Source: an uncultured Clostridia bacterium
GTDB taxonomy: Bacteria; Bacillota; Clostridia; TANB77; CAG-508
Length of the DNA: 64,000 nucleotides
NCBI GenBank assembly: GCA_944393375.1
Contig: CALXZX010000006.1
Span: 1,366-65,365, forward strand
Direction: 5' to 3'
The first letter of the stretch is position 1. Every line of letters starts with the position of its first letter. Below, in pieces: positions 19,098 through 28,774 of this stretch. Under the pieces are notes generated by a model. The model was not told where the DNA came from and searched no databases. It saw nothing but the letters and a program-made list of their open reading frames with translations. The position numbers and the translations under genes are program-made.

Positions 19098-20021
19098 ATG
19101 ATTCAAGAAATTTATATTATAGATGATGATGATTCATCTATTGTAATCTTTAGAGAATTATTCAAAGAAGATAAAGATTATAAATTCATTAGCGTAAAAT
19201 CAGAACAAATTGATATTGCATTAAAAAATATTCCATCATTAATTATCATTAATGAAGATGCAATAGATAGAGATGTAGTAGGACTTTGTAAACAAATCAG
19301 ACGAGATGAAGATAACACAATCACACCAGTTATTGTTGTATCATCTAATAGCGATAAAGAGCATAGAATGAAAATATTAAGAGAATCTATTGAATATTAT
19401 ATCAAAAAACCTGTTGATGAAGAATATTTATATTTTACAGTAAAAAATCTAAATAGATTACTTGCAAATAACAGAAGGGTAAGTCCATTAACTGGATTGC
19501 CAGGAAATGTTCAAATACATGCAGAATTGAAAAAAAGGCTATCTAATAAAGAGCCATTTTCTGTATTATATTTAGACTTAGACAATTTTAAAGCATATAA
19601 TGATGTATATGGATTTGTAAAAGGGGACCAAATTATTGAATTTACTGCAGAAACTATTTTAAAAGGCGTTCACAATGACCTTACGGAAGAAGCATTTGTA
19701 GGACACATTGGTGGGGATGATTTTGTTGCTATATTACCATCCACCAATTGTGAAAAAATATGTCAAACGATATTGGCTATGTTTGATAATAATGTAAAGA
19801 GATTCTTTACAGAAAAAGACATAGAAAAAGGGTATATAGAAGTGGAAAATAGAAAGGGAATTATCGAACAATTTCCACTAACTTCTCTTTCAATAGGTGT
19901 TGTTGTTGCAGACCCTGGAAGATTTCATAATATATTGGAAATTGGTGAAGTGGGGGCACAAGTAAAACATGCTGCTAAATCGGTTATGGGAAGTAGTTAT
20001 GCAGTGGATAGGAGAAAATAA
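19098..20021 (+). CDS. Receiver-domain / GGDEF-domain protein with degenerate GGDDF signature
   Basis: The ATG at 19098 follows the upstream TAG by 1 nt. N-terminal CheY-like fold (IYIIDDDD..., KKP). C-terminal LTGLPGN...YLDLDNFKAYND...GHIGGDDFVAIL. Confidence 0.75.
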   Translation: MIQEIYIIDDDDSSIVIFRELFKEDKDYKFISVKSEQIDIALKNIPSLIIINEDAIDRDVVGLCKQIRRDEDNTITPVIVVSSNSDKEHRMKILRESIEYYIKKPVDEEYLYFTVKNLNRLLANNRRVSPLTGLPGNVQIHAELKKRLSNKEPFSVLYLDLDNFKAYNDVYGFVKGDQIIEFTAETILKGVHNDLTEEAFVGHIGGDDFVAILPSTNCEKICQTILAMFDNNVKRFFTEKDIEKGYIEVENRKGIIEQFPLTSLSIGVVVADPGRFHNILEIGEVGAQVKHAAKSVMGSSYAVDRRK

Positions 20022-20126
20022 AATTTAAAGATAACTTGAGTAATACACTCAAGTTTTTTTGTTCTAAAAATAAAAATGTCAAATAAACTAAAATAGAAAT
20101 TATGAATATATTAGGAGTTTATTTGT

Positions 20127-20850
20127 ATGAATAAAAATAATTTAAAAAGAATTGTAATCATATCCATAATGTTGGTTACTAGTATAACATATGTAGGAGT
20201 AACGAGAAAAAATAGAGAAATAGGAGAAGCCATTCAAGTAACTACACTGCCTGTTTCTGGAAAAATTGTGATACTAGATGCTGGACATGGTACGCCAGAC
20301 GAACGGTGCAGAAAGTAAAAATGGAACCACAGAGGCACAAATTAATTTAGAAATTGTGCTAAAGATACAACAACTTTTAGAACAATCAGGATGTACAGTA
20401 ATCCTTACAAGGTCAGACGAAAATGCAATCTATGATTTAGATGCCAAAACCTTAAAACAAAAAAAGATTTCAGACATACATAATCGAGTAAAAATTGGAA
20501 ATGAATCCTCGGCAGATATATTTGTATCCATACATCTAAATAAAATAAATGAACAACAATATGATGGTTGGCAAACATTTTATAATACAAATAATGAACA
20601 AAGCAAGGCTTTAGCAGAACAGATACAAAATAATTTAAATGAAGCAATACAAAAGGAAAATCATAGAATTGCTATGAAATTGAATACTGTATATATTATG
20701 AAACATGTGGAAATTCCTATATCGATTGTAGAATGTGGATTCCTTTCTAATCCTCAAGAAGAACAACAATTACAAGAAGAAGAATATCAAAATAGATTGG
20801 CTTGGGGAATTTATAATGGAATCATCAGCTATTTTTCAAATCTGATATAA
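20127..20850 (+). pseudogene. cwlD: N-acetylmuramoyl-L-alanine amidase CwlD-like (Amidase_3), interrupted by a +1 frameshift near 20304
   Basis: ORF 20127-20318 ends ...VILDAGHGTPDERCRK*. ORF 20278-20850 continues in the next frame: ...NGAESKNGTTEAQINLEI...ILTRSDE...FVSIHLN...VECGFLSNPQE. Together they form one Amidase_3 protein. Confidence 0.8.
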
Positions 20851-20949
20851 AGACATAGGAAATTGTAAAAGATAAATATGAAAAAACAGTGGAATAAATG
20901 TAGGAAAAGGACATATATATTAATATCATGATTATCTAGGAGGAAATAT

Positions 20950-21720
20950 ATGTTTATTATATTTAATAAGCAAAAAATATACACATATTTTGTATCAATT
21001 ATAACAGTTGTAGTATTATTTTGCATAGCAGGAACATTAACAGATAAAAAAGAAGCGATTATAACATCTTCCTCAAATGAAAAATATTTACCTATCTATC
21101 ATGTACAAACAGAAGAAAATAAAGTAGCACTAACCATGAATTGTGCATGGAATGCAGATGATATTGATAAAATATTAAAGATATTAGAAGAAAATAATGT
21201 AAAGATAACCTTTTTCATGGTAGGAGATTGGATAGAAAAATATCCAGATGCAGTAAAAAAAATATATGATGCTGGTCATGAGATTGGAACACATAGTGAC
21301 ACACATCCCCATGTTAATAATTTAAGTTATGAAGAAAATGTTGAAGAAATAGAAAAGAGTAATAACAAAATTGAAAAGATTACAGGAAATAGAACTGATT
21401 TATATAGAACACCATATGGAGAATACAATCAGACAGTAATAAAAGCAGCACAAGATAATGGATATTATACAATACAATGGAATTTGGATACATTAGATTA
21501 TACAGGATTAACAGGAGAGAAAATGTGGAATCGAATTAAAGATAAAATTGATTCAGGAGATATCATATTAATGCATAATGGAACAGAACATACAGCAGAC
21601 AGTTTGGATATGTTATTAGAAAATATTAAAGAAAAAAACTTAGAAATCGTAAAAATCTCAGAACTTATATACAAAGATAATTATACAATTGATGTTAATG
21701 GAATGCAAAAAACTAAATAG
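20950..21720 (+). CDS. Polysaccharide deacetylase (NodB domain), PdaB-like sporulation deacetylase
   Basis: N-terminal TM, then LTMNCAWNADD...ITFFMVGDW...GHEIGTHSDTHPH...YRTPYGEY...ILMHNG. Adjacent to cwlD, as in spore-cortex loci. Confidence 0.7.
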   Translation: MFIIFNKQKIYTYFVSIITVVVLFCIAGTLTDKKEAIITSSSNEKYLPIYHVQTEENKVALTMNCAWNADDIDKILKILEENNVKITFFMVGDWIEKYPDAVKKIYDAGHEIGTHSDTHPHVNNLSYEENVEEIEKSNNKIEKITGNRTDLYRTPYGEYNQTVIKAAQDNGYYTIQWNLDTLDYTGLTGEKMWNRIKDKIDSGDIILMHNGTEHTADSLDMLLENIKEKNLEIVKISELIYKDNYTIDVNGMQKTK

Positions 21721-21782
21721 AATATGTATAAAATTGGAAATAGAGGGAAAAATAAATATAGTTTTTTTAGGAGACAAAGAAA

Positions 21783-22289
21783 ATGCATTTTATTGGTATT
21801 TTTTCAAATTATTCAGAATATGAACTGATAAAGCGAAATATAATAAAAATAGTAAATAGAAAAGATTTAGAATTGATTCATATAAGTTCTAAAAATATGG
21901 AAAATATGAAAAATATTGTGTTTGAAACAATTGTATTGTGCAATCAGGAAAACATAAATGATAAACAAAAAAATATACTAAACAAACTTTGTAGTAATTG
22001 TATGTTTATCATTGTAAATGCAGATGTATTTTGTAATACAAAAATCATATCTAATAAAAAAACAAATTGTATAAGTTATGGTTTAAATCAAAAATCGACA
22101 ATAACGATATCTAGTATTCAAGAAGATAAAGCAATTTTATCAATACAAAGAAACATAAATAATTTAGAGCAGAGCACAATCGAAATGGGAGAAATGGAAA
22201 TAGATGTAAAACAATACAAACCAAATCAGATAGAAAATATATTGGCAATTTTTACAATTTATCTTATATATAGTAAAGAAAACAACTGA
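21783..22289 (+). CDS. Hypothetical protein (168 aa)
   Basis: ORF with AGGAGA RBS and host-like codon usage. There is only a faint resemblance (ISYGLNQKSTITISSI) to the N-terminal part of Mur ligases, and no ATP-binding motif. Confidence 0.45.
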   Translation: MHFIGIFSNYSEYELIKRNIIKIVNRKDLELIHISSKNMENMKNIVFETIVLCNQENINDKQKNILNKLCSNCMFIIVNADVFCNTKIISNKKTNCISYGLNQKSTITISSIQEDKAILSIQRNINNLEQSTIEMGEMEIDVKQYKPNQIENILAIFTIYLIYSKENN

Positions 22290-22431
22290 AAAATAAGGAT
22301 TTTTTACAAAAAAGTTACAAATTTAACTTTTTATGTAGACAAAACCGGGAAAATGTTGTATAATAGGTAATGTAGACTAAAAGAGGTAAAAAAATACAAT
22401 TGATAAAATAAATTTTAAGGAGGAAAATAAA

Positions 22432-23136
22432 TTGGATACAAATTATTTAGAAAACAACTATTTAACATTAGTTGGAAAAGTTACAGGAGAAAAGAAATTT
22501 AGTCATGAAATTTATGGAGAAAGATTTTATATCTTTAATTTAGAAATACCTCGTTTAAGTGGTGTAGCAGATATTATACCAATTACCATTTCAGAAAGAC
22601 TAATTAATGAAGATACATTACATGAAGGACAAAAGTTGTTAGTAAAAGGACAATTCAGATCATATAATAGTTATGAAAGTGAAAAGAACAGATTAATATT
22701 AACTGTTTTTGCCAAAGATGTGAAAGTTATATCTGAGGAAGAACAAAGTGAAGAAGAAAATGAAATGACCAAAAAAGATGTTATTACCAATGAGGTTGTT
22801 TTAATTGGTTATATTTGCAAAAAACCAATTTACAGACAAACACCATTTGGTAGAGAAATTGCAGATATATTACTTGCAGTTAATAGAGCATATAACAAAT
22901 CAGACTATATTCCATGTATTGCATGGGGAAGAAATGCAAGATTCTGTCAAAATCTTGAAGTAGGTTCTCAAATAAAATTAGTAGGTAGAGTTCAATCAAG
23001 AACGTATGAAAAGAAACATGAAGATGGAAGTGTTGAAACAAGAGTTGCTTATGAAGTTTCAGTAGGAAGTTTAGAAGTAATTGAAGAAAATGATAATGAA
23101 CATACTGTTGAAACAGAAAATCAAGAAGCTGTATAA
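22432..23136 (+). CDS. SSB-like protein with two tandem OB folds
   Basis: TTG start 8 nt after AAGGAGGA. Two copies of the pattern N.v.L.G.v...p......G......f.l...R.SG..D.ipv......a.......G..v.v.G...S. Confidence 0.5.
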   Translation: MDTNYLENNYLTLVGKVTGEKKFSHEIYGERFYIFNLEIPRLSGVADIIPITISERLINEDTLHEGQKLLVKGQFRSYNSYESEKNRLILTVFAKDVKVISEEEQSEEENEMTKKDVITNEVVLIGYICKKPIYRQTPFGREIADILLAVNRAYNKSDYIPCIAWGRNARFCQNLEVGSQIKLVGRVQSRTYEKKHEDGSVETRVAYEVSVGSLEVIEENDNEHTVETENQEAV

Positions 23137-23233
23137 GATATAAATAGAAGTGAAATAAAAAGTTTGAAAAGTATAGTCTTTTCAAACTTTTTTTGATATA
23201 ATGCAAAAGAATATTTTTATTGGAGGAAAAGAA

Positions 23234-24925
23234 ATGTTTAAACACAAAGAAGAAAAAGAGAAAAAGATAAATAAAACAGGGATACTTCATTCCAAATGGT
23301 TTTTTGGAATGATAGCAATCATATTAATTGCAATATTTTGTATTGCGATGACACCAGTTACATTACAAAATGATACATTTTATACCATAAAAATAGGAGA
23401 ACAGATAACTAAAACAGGAATTGATATGCAAGACCATTTTTCTTGGCATGAAGGTCTAGCCTATACCTATCCACATTGGTTATATGATTTAATAACATAT
23501 TACATATATGCAGGATTTGGTATGACAGGAATTTATGTAACAACTTGTATATTAACTGTTATATTAGGTATTTCTCTATATATTGTCAATACAAAAATTG
23601 CGAAAAATCAATTAGTTTCATTTATATTAACAGCAATTGTTATCTACATTATAAGAGGATATATTGCAGCAAGAGCACAATTGGTAACCTTTATTTTATT
23701 TGTATGGATTATCTATTGCATAGAAATGTTTTTGAAAAATAGAAAAATTCGATATGTGGTTGGATTAGTTTTAATTTCAACATTAATTGCAAATTTACAT
23801 GTAGCTGTTTGGCCATTTATATTTGTATTATTCTTACCATATATAGCAGAATATATACTTGCATGGATAGCAGAAATTACAATATATAGAAAAATCAAGA
23901 CGAAGATTTTAAAGTTTAGAATTCAGTTATTAACAAACTCAGGAAAACATGTTGATAAAAAATTAGAATTGGAAGAAGAATTAAAAGATATTACCGAAAA
24001 AAATGAGAAAATAAAAATAAAAAGAGAAGAAAACTTAAAAAATCCATATAAAATTAGATTTCAAAAAAATCCAAATGTAAAATGGTTAATATTACTTATG
24101 ATTATATGTGCCTTTACGGGATTATTAACACCATTAGGAGACACACCATATACGTATTTGTATAAAACCATGGAAGGAAATACAACACAAAATATTAATG
24201 AACATTTGCCAATGACCATTATTGATGAAACAGAAGCATTATCAGCTATTGTAGTCATTTTAGCAATTCTAACTTTTACAAAAACAAAAATTAAACTTAG
24301 TGATTTATTTATGATAGGTGGTTTATGTTGGTTAATGTTAGCATCAAGGAGACAAATTACTATGTTTTGTTTAATTGGTGTATTTATTGTCAATAAAATG
24401 ATATGTGGACTTTTTGAATTATATACGAAAAATGGATTGGAAAAACTAACAAGAATAATGACAGGTAAAGTAGGATATATTATCATGATTGTTGTTATGC
24501 TAGCTTTAAGTTACCATTTTTATGAGCCAAAGCAAAATGATGATTATATAGACGAATCTGCATATCCTGTTCAAGCATGTGATTATATATTAGAAAATAT
24601 AGACTTGGGAAAAGCTAGATTTTATAATGAATATAATTATGGAAGTTATATGATATATAGAGGAATACCAGTTTTTATTGATTCTAGAGCAGATTTATAT
24701 GCACCAGAATTTAGTGGTAAGGAAGATGATATTTTTATGGATTTTATTAATACTTCTAGCATAGGAAAATTTTATGAAGATACATTCGAAAAATACGATA
24801 TTACACATGTGATTACTTATAAAAATTCAAAAATGAATATGATTATACAAGAAACAAATGACCCAAATTATAAAGAATTATATGAAGATGATTATTTTAC
24901 AATATACGAAAGACTAAATGTATAG
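23234..24925 (+). CDS. Large polytopic membrane protein (possible GT-C-type glycosyltransferase), function unknown
   Basis: A GGAGGA RBS precedes the ATG at 23234. About 11 TM helices, a charged cytoplasmic loop, and a C-terminal soluble domain. Confidence 0.5.
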   Translation: MFKHKEEKEKKINKTGILHSKWFFGMIAIILIAIFCIAMTPVTLQNDTFYTIKIGEQITKTGIDMQDHFSWHEGLAYTYPHWLYDLITYYIYAGFGMTGIYVTTCILTVILGISLYIVNTKIAKNQLVSFILTAIVIYIIRGYIAARAQLVTFILFVWIIYCIEMFLKNRKIRYVVGLVLISTLIANLHVAVWPFIFVLFLPYIAEYILAWIAEITIYRKIKTKILKFRIQLLTNSGKHVDKKLELEEELKDITEKNEKIKIKREENLKNPYKIRFQKNPNVKWLILLMIICAFTGLLTPLGDTPYTYLYKTMEGNTTQNINEHLPMTIIDETEALSAIVVILAILTFTKTKIKLSDLFMIGGLCWLMLASRRQITMFCLIGVFIVNKMICGLFELYTKNGLEKLTRIMTGKVGYIIMIVVMLALSYHFYEPKQNDDYIDESAYPVQACDYILENIDLGKARFYNEYNYGSYMIYRGIPVFIDSRADLYAPEFSGKEDDIFMDFINTSSIGKFYEDTFEKYDITHVITYKNSKMNMIIQETNDPNYKELYEDDYFTIYERLNV

Positions 24926-24935
24926 AGAGGTATTT

Positions 24936-25466
24936 ATGAGGAAAGAAGAAAAGAAGAAAACAAAAAAATTGTATATTATGCTAACGATTATGATATTTTT
25001 TATTATACTGATAGACCAAGTATCTAAAGTTCTTGTCATACATTTTCAAGAAATAACAGTATTATCTGATAGAATAGTATTAAAACAAACAGAGTTACAG
25101 AATGGAGCATATGACGAAACTTCTAGAGGTATAACGATATTAACGAACTTAGTGATTGTTGCTATTATTTTTGGAATTATAAAAAGTAATAATCAATTTA
25201 TAACAAAAAGAACAAAAATATTATTAAGTTTTGCTTTTGCAGGAGGCGTTAGTAACATTATTGATAGACTATGTAGAGGAAGTGTTGTAGAATTCATTCA
25301 CATTGGAAATTTTCCAGTATTTAATATAGCAGATGTTTGTATTTTAATTGGTTGGGTTTCCTTTGTTGCCATATTTGCTTCTTTTTCAGCAAGAGAATTG
25401 TCTAAAAAGAAATCAAAAACAGATGATGAAAAGAAAGCAGAAGATAAAAGTAGAATGGATTTGTAG
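24936..25466 (+). CDS. lspA: Lipoprotein signal peptidase II
   Basis: GGVSNIIDRLCRGSVVEFIHIGNFPVFNIADVCI is the conserved LspA core. Upstream of rluD, as in many Firmicutes. Confidence 0.85.
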   Translation: MRKEEKKKTKKLYIMLTIMIFFIILIDQVSKVLVIHFQEITVLSDRIVLKQTELQNGAYDETSRGITILTNLVIVAIIFGIIKSNNQFITKRTKILLSFAFAGGVSNIIDRLCRGSVVEFIHIGNFPVFNIADVCILIGWVSFVAIFASFSARELSKKKSKTDDEKKAEDKSRMDL

Positions 25467-25488
25467 AGGAGAAAGGATAGAATAATAC

Positions 25489-26403
25489 ATGAAGTATTTT
25501 GAAGTAGAAAGTGAAAACAAAAGAATTGATGCATATTTATCAGAAAAGCTTGAAGATACATCAAGAGTAGCAATACAAAGATTAATATCCAATGGAAAAG
25601 TATTGGTAAATGGCAAAAACATAAAAGCATCATATAAAGTACAAGCAGGAGATAAAATCGAGGTAGAAGAAGAAATTCCAGTAGAAGTATCCTTAAAGGC
25701 ACAGAATATTCCTTTAGATATTATTTATGAGGATAATGATATTATCGTAGTAAATAAACCTAAGGGAATGGTAGTACATCCTGCAAATGGAAATCCAGAT
25801 GGAACATTGGTAAATGCCATTATGGCAATTTGTAAAGATTCTTTATCAGGAATTGGAGGAGAAATTAGACCAGGAATTGTCCATAGATTAGATAAAGATA
25901 CATCAGGAATTATTATTGTGGCGAAAAATGATAAAGCACATATACACTTAAGTGAACAAATAAAAGACCATAAAGTAAAAAAGACATATATTGCTTTGGT
26001 AAGAGGAATTGTCAAAGAAAATGAAGCAACGATTAATATGCCAATTGGAAGAAGTGAAAAAGATAGAAAGAAAATGGCAGTTACCAAAAAAGGAAAAGAA
26101 GCCATTACCCATTTTAAAGTGTTACAAAGATATGATAAATATACCTTATTGCAGGTAAATATAGAAACGGGAAGAACTCATCAAATCAGAGTGCATTTAT
26201 CACAAATTGGATATCCAATTGTGGGAGATGAAGTCTATTCAAATGGAAAAAATGAGTGGAATATAAAAGGACAATGTTTGCATGCAAAAAGTTTAGAATT
26301 TACACATCCTACGACTGGAGAAAAGATGCATTTAGAAGCAAAACTACCAGAATATTTTGAGAATATGTTAAAAGATTTAGAAAATAGAAAAAGACAAGAT
26401 TAA
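25489..26403 (+). CDS. rluD: RluA-family 23S rRNA pseudouridine synthase (RluD-like)
   Basis: S4 domain at the N-terminus, catalytic HRLDKDTSG motif, RTHQIRVH. Confidence 0.85.
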   Translation: MKYFEVESENKRIDAYLSEKLEDTSRVAIQRLISNGKVLVNGKNIKASYKVQAGDKIEVEEEIPVEVSLKAQNIPLDIIYEDNDIIVVNKPKGMVVHPANGNPDGTLVNAIMAICKDSLSGIGGEIRPGIVHRLDKDTSGIIIVAKNDKAHIHLSEQIKDHKVKKTYIALVRGIVKENEATINMPIGRSEKDRKKMAVTKKGKEAITHFKVLQRYDKYTLLQVNIETGRTHQIRVHLSQIGYPIVGDEVYSNGKNEWNIKGQCLHAKSLEFTHPTTGEKMHLEAKLPEYFENMLKDLENRKRQD

Positions 26404-26424
26404 TATAAGAAGGGAGAATATCTG

Positions 26425-27144
26425 TTGGAAGAAATACGATTACAAAAATATCTAGCAGAAGCAGGAATCGCCTCAAGAAGAAAAGCAGAAGAATTTATCT
26501 TACAAGGAAAAATCCAAGTAAACGGAAAAGTGGTAACAGAATTGGGAACGAAAGTACGACCTGGAAAAGATGAGGTAAAATATGAAAACAAAATTGTACA
26601 AATAGAAAATAAAAAAATATATATTTTATTAAATAAACCAATTGGATATGTAACAACTGTAAAAGACCAATTTGACCGTGATTCTGTTTTAGATTTAGTA
26701 AAAGTAAAAGAAAGATTAGTACCAGTGGGAAGATTGGATATGTATACATCAGGTGCTTTAATCCTTACAAATGATGGAGACTTTGTGTATAAAGTTACAC
26801 ATCCAAAGCATGAAATTAACAAAACATATACTGTTACATTAAAAGGAATTGTTAGTAAAGAAAACATAGATAATTTAAGACAAGGTGTGAATATTGGAGC
26901 ATATATTACGAAACCTGCAAAGGTAAAGATATTGAAAACAGATGAAGAAAAACAGATAACAAGATTAGAAATTATTATTCATGAAGGAAAAAATAGACAA
27001 GTAAGAAAAATGTGTGAAGCAATTGGACATAAAGTATTAGCTTTACATAGAAGTGCGATTGCAGGAATTGGTGTAAAGGATATAGAACTCGGAAAATGGA
27101 GATATTTGTCGAAAGAAGAAGTGAAAAAAATATTACAAGATTAA
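26425..27144 (+). CDS. RsuA/RluB-family pseudouridine synthase
   Basis: TTG start. S4 domain (LQKYLAEAGIASRRKAE), catalytic GRLDMYTSGALILTNDG, GKNRQVRKM. Confidence 0.85.
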   Translation: MEEIRLQKYLAEAGIASRRKAEEFILQGKIQVNGKVVTELGTKVRPGKDEVKYENKIVQIENKKIYILLNKPIGYVTTVKDQFDRDSVLDLVKVKERLVPVGRLDMYTSGALILTNDGDFVYKVTHPKHEINKTYTVTLKGIVSKENIDNLRQGVNIGAYITKPAKVKILKTDEEKQITRLEIIIHEGKNRQVRKMCEAIGHKVLALHRSAIAGIGVKDIELGKWRYLSKEEVKKILQD

Positions 27145-27274
27145 AACACAAGATTTGCTTGTGTTTTTCTGTATTTTGTGATTTAATATACCTAATTTTA
27201 ATTTATATATTTTATTCTAAATTTTAATATCAAAAGATTTCCAAAAGTAAGTTTAAAATTAGTTTCATAAGGAG

Positions 27275-27892
27275 GTGATAAAGGTCATATATCAATTTAC
27301 ATATAAGAATTATATTCAATGTATCCATAATATTAAACAAAAAGATTATCTGGATTTGCAGGAAGAAGGCGAAAAATATGACATTTTAGTAGAAAACCAT
27401 TTGGAGACAAGATATAAAGAGATAATGGAATATCTATTTAAGGATAAAGAAAGAATTTGTTCATTTCTTAATTGCTTTTCAAATTGTTATGAAAAAATAC
27501 AAAAAGAAAAATTGCTATATATAGAATTTTGTGGAAGAAAAAAAGGGATAAAAATTATATATAAATATTCTCATAAACCAATATTTTATATCATTATATA
27601 TCAACAAGAAATTTTTGCAGATTTACCATATTGTATTTTACAGGAATGTATAAAAATTATTCAAAATTACAAGCAAAAAAATCTGAAGAATATTATAATT
27701 ATTCCAATTGTGATATATGTAAAGGAAAACACATACCATTATGGTAGAACAATAAAACAATATTTTCAAATGACAACCTATGATAATCATATACTAGAAT
27801 TAAAATATAATTTAATGAATTTATCAAAGTTTTTAAGACAACCTCAAATGGAAAATACTATATTAGAGGATTTAATATATATATTAATTTAA
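27275..27892 (+). CDS. Hypothetical protein; weak, degenerate resemblance to Rpn/YhgA-type (transposase_31) PD-(D/E)XK proteins
   Basis: FYIIIYQQEIFADLPYCILQECIKII and IIPIVIYVKENTY parallel the vLiEHQS..D..M..Rll.Y and P.VlYhG..W blocks, but the acidic catalytic positions are substituted. The annotated GTG start overlaps its own RBS. Confidence 0.3.
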   Translation: MIKVIYQFTYKNYIQCIHNIKQKDYLDLQEEGEKYDILVENHLETRYKEIMEYLFKDKERICSFLNCFSNCYEKIQKEKLLYIEFCGRKKGIKIIYKYSHKPIFYIIIYQQEIFADLPYCILQECIKIIQNYKQKNLKNIIIIPIVIYVKENTYHYGRTIKQYFQMTTYDNHILELKYNLMNLSKFLRQPQMENTILEDLIYILI

Positions 27893-28006
27893 ATACAATT
27901 TAGATTTAATAGAGATGTGTTAAGACACCATCTCTATTTATTTTACATAAAATATATTAATGACAAAATAAATGACAGATATATCAAAAGAAAGGAATGA
28001 AACCAC

Positions 28007-28774
28007 ATGAAAACCATATTAGAAATAAAAAATATTTGTAAAACCTATCAAAGTAAAGAAGGAGAAATCTTGGCACTAGATAATATTCATTTTAGAGTAA
28101 AAGAAGGAGAGTTTGTATCTATTATAGGCCCTAGTGGTTGTGGAAAATCTACTTTGCTATCCATCATTAGTGGATTAGAAGAAAAAACAAAAGGAGAAAT
28201 CTACATAGAAAATAAAAAAGTAGAGGGAATTTCAGAACAAGTGGGATATATGCTACAAAAAGATTGCCTATTAGAATGGAGAAATATATGGAGTAATAGC
28301 ATATTAGGACTAGAATTAAAGGGAAAACTAGATGAAAAGAGCAAAAACTATGTAGAAAATTTATTGAAAAAATATAATCTTTATGATTTTAAAAATAAAT
28401 ATCCATCAGAACTATCTGGTGGAATGAGGCAAAGAGCAGCTTTGATTAGAACTTTGGCAACAAAACCAAAAATTTTATTATTAGATGAGGCCTTTTCAGC
28501 ATTAGATTATCAAACAAGAATCATGGTAACAAATGATATTTATTCTATATTAAGAAAAGAAAATATGACAGCTATTATTGTAACACATGATATTTCAGAA
28601 GCAATCAGCATGTCTGATAGAGTAGTGGTATTGACAAAAAGGCCAGGAAAAGTCAAAGATATTCATACAATTGACTTTGAAATGGAAAATAGAAATCCTA
28701 TCAATGTAAGAGAAAGCCCAAAATTTAGTGGATATTTTAATACTTTGTGGAAGGAGTTGGGTGTTGATGAATAA
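28007..28774 (+). CDS. ABC transporter ATP-binding protein (NitT/TauT family)
   Basis: Walker A GPSGCGKST, signature LSGGMRQR, Walker B LLLDEAFSALD. Confidence 0.9.
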   Translation: MKTILEIKNICKTYQSKEGEILALDNIHFRVKEGEFVSIIGPSGCGKSTLLSIISGLEEKTKGEIYIENKKVEGISEQVGYMLQKDCLLEWRNIWSNSILGLELKGKLDEKSKNYVENLLKKYNLYDFKNKYPSELSGGMRQRAALIRTLATKPKILLLDEAFSALDYQTRIMVTNDIYSILRKENMTAIIVTHDISEAISMSDRVVVLTKRPGKVKDIHTIDFEMENRNPINVRESPKFSGYFNTLWKELGVDE

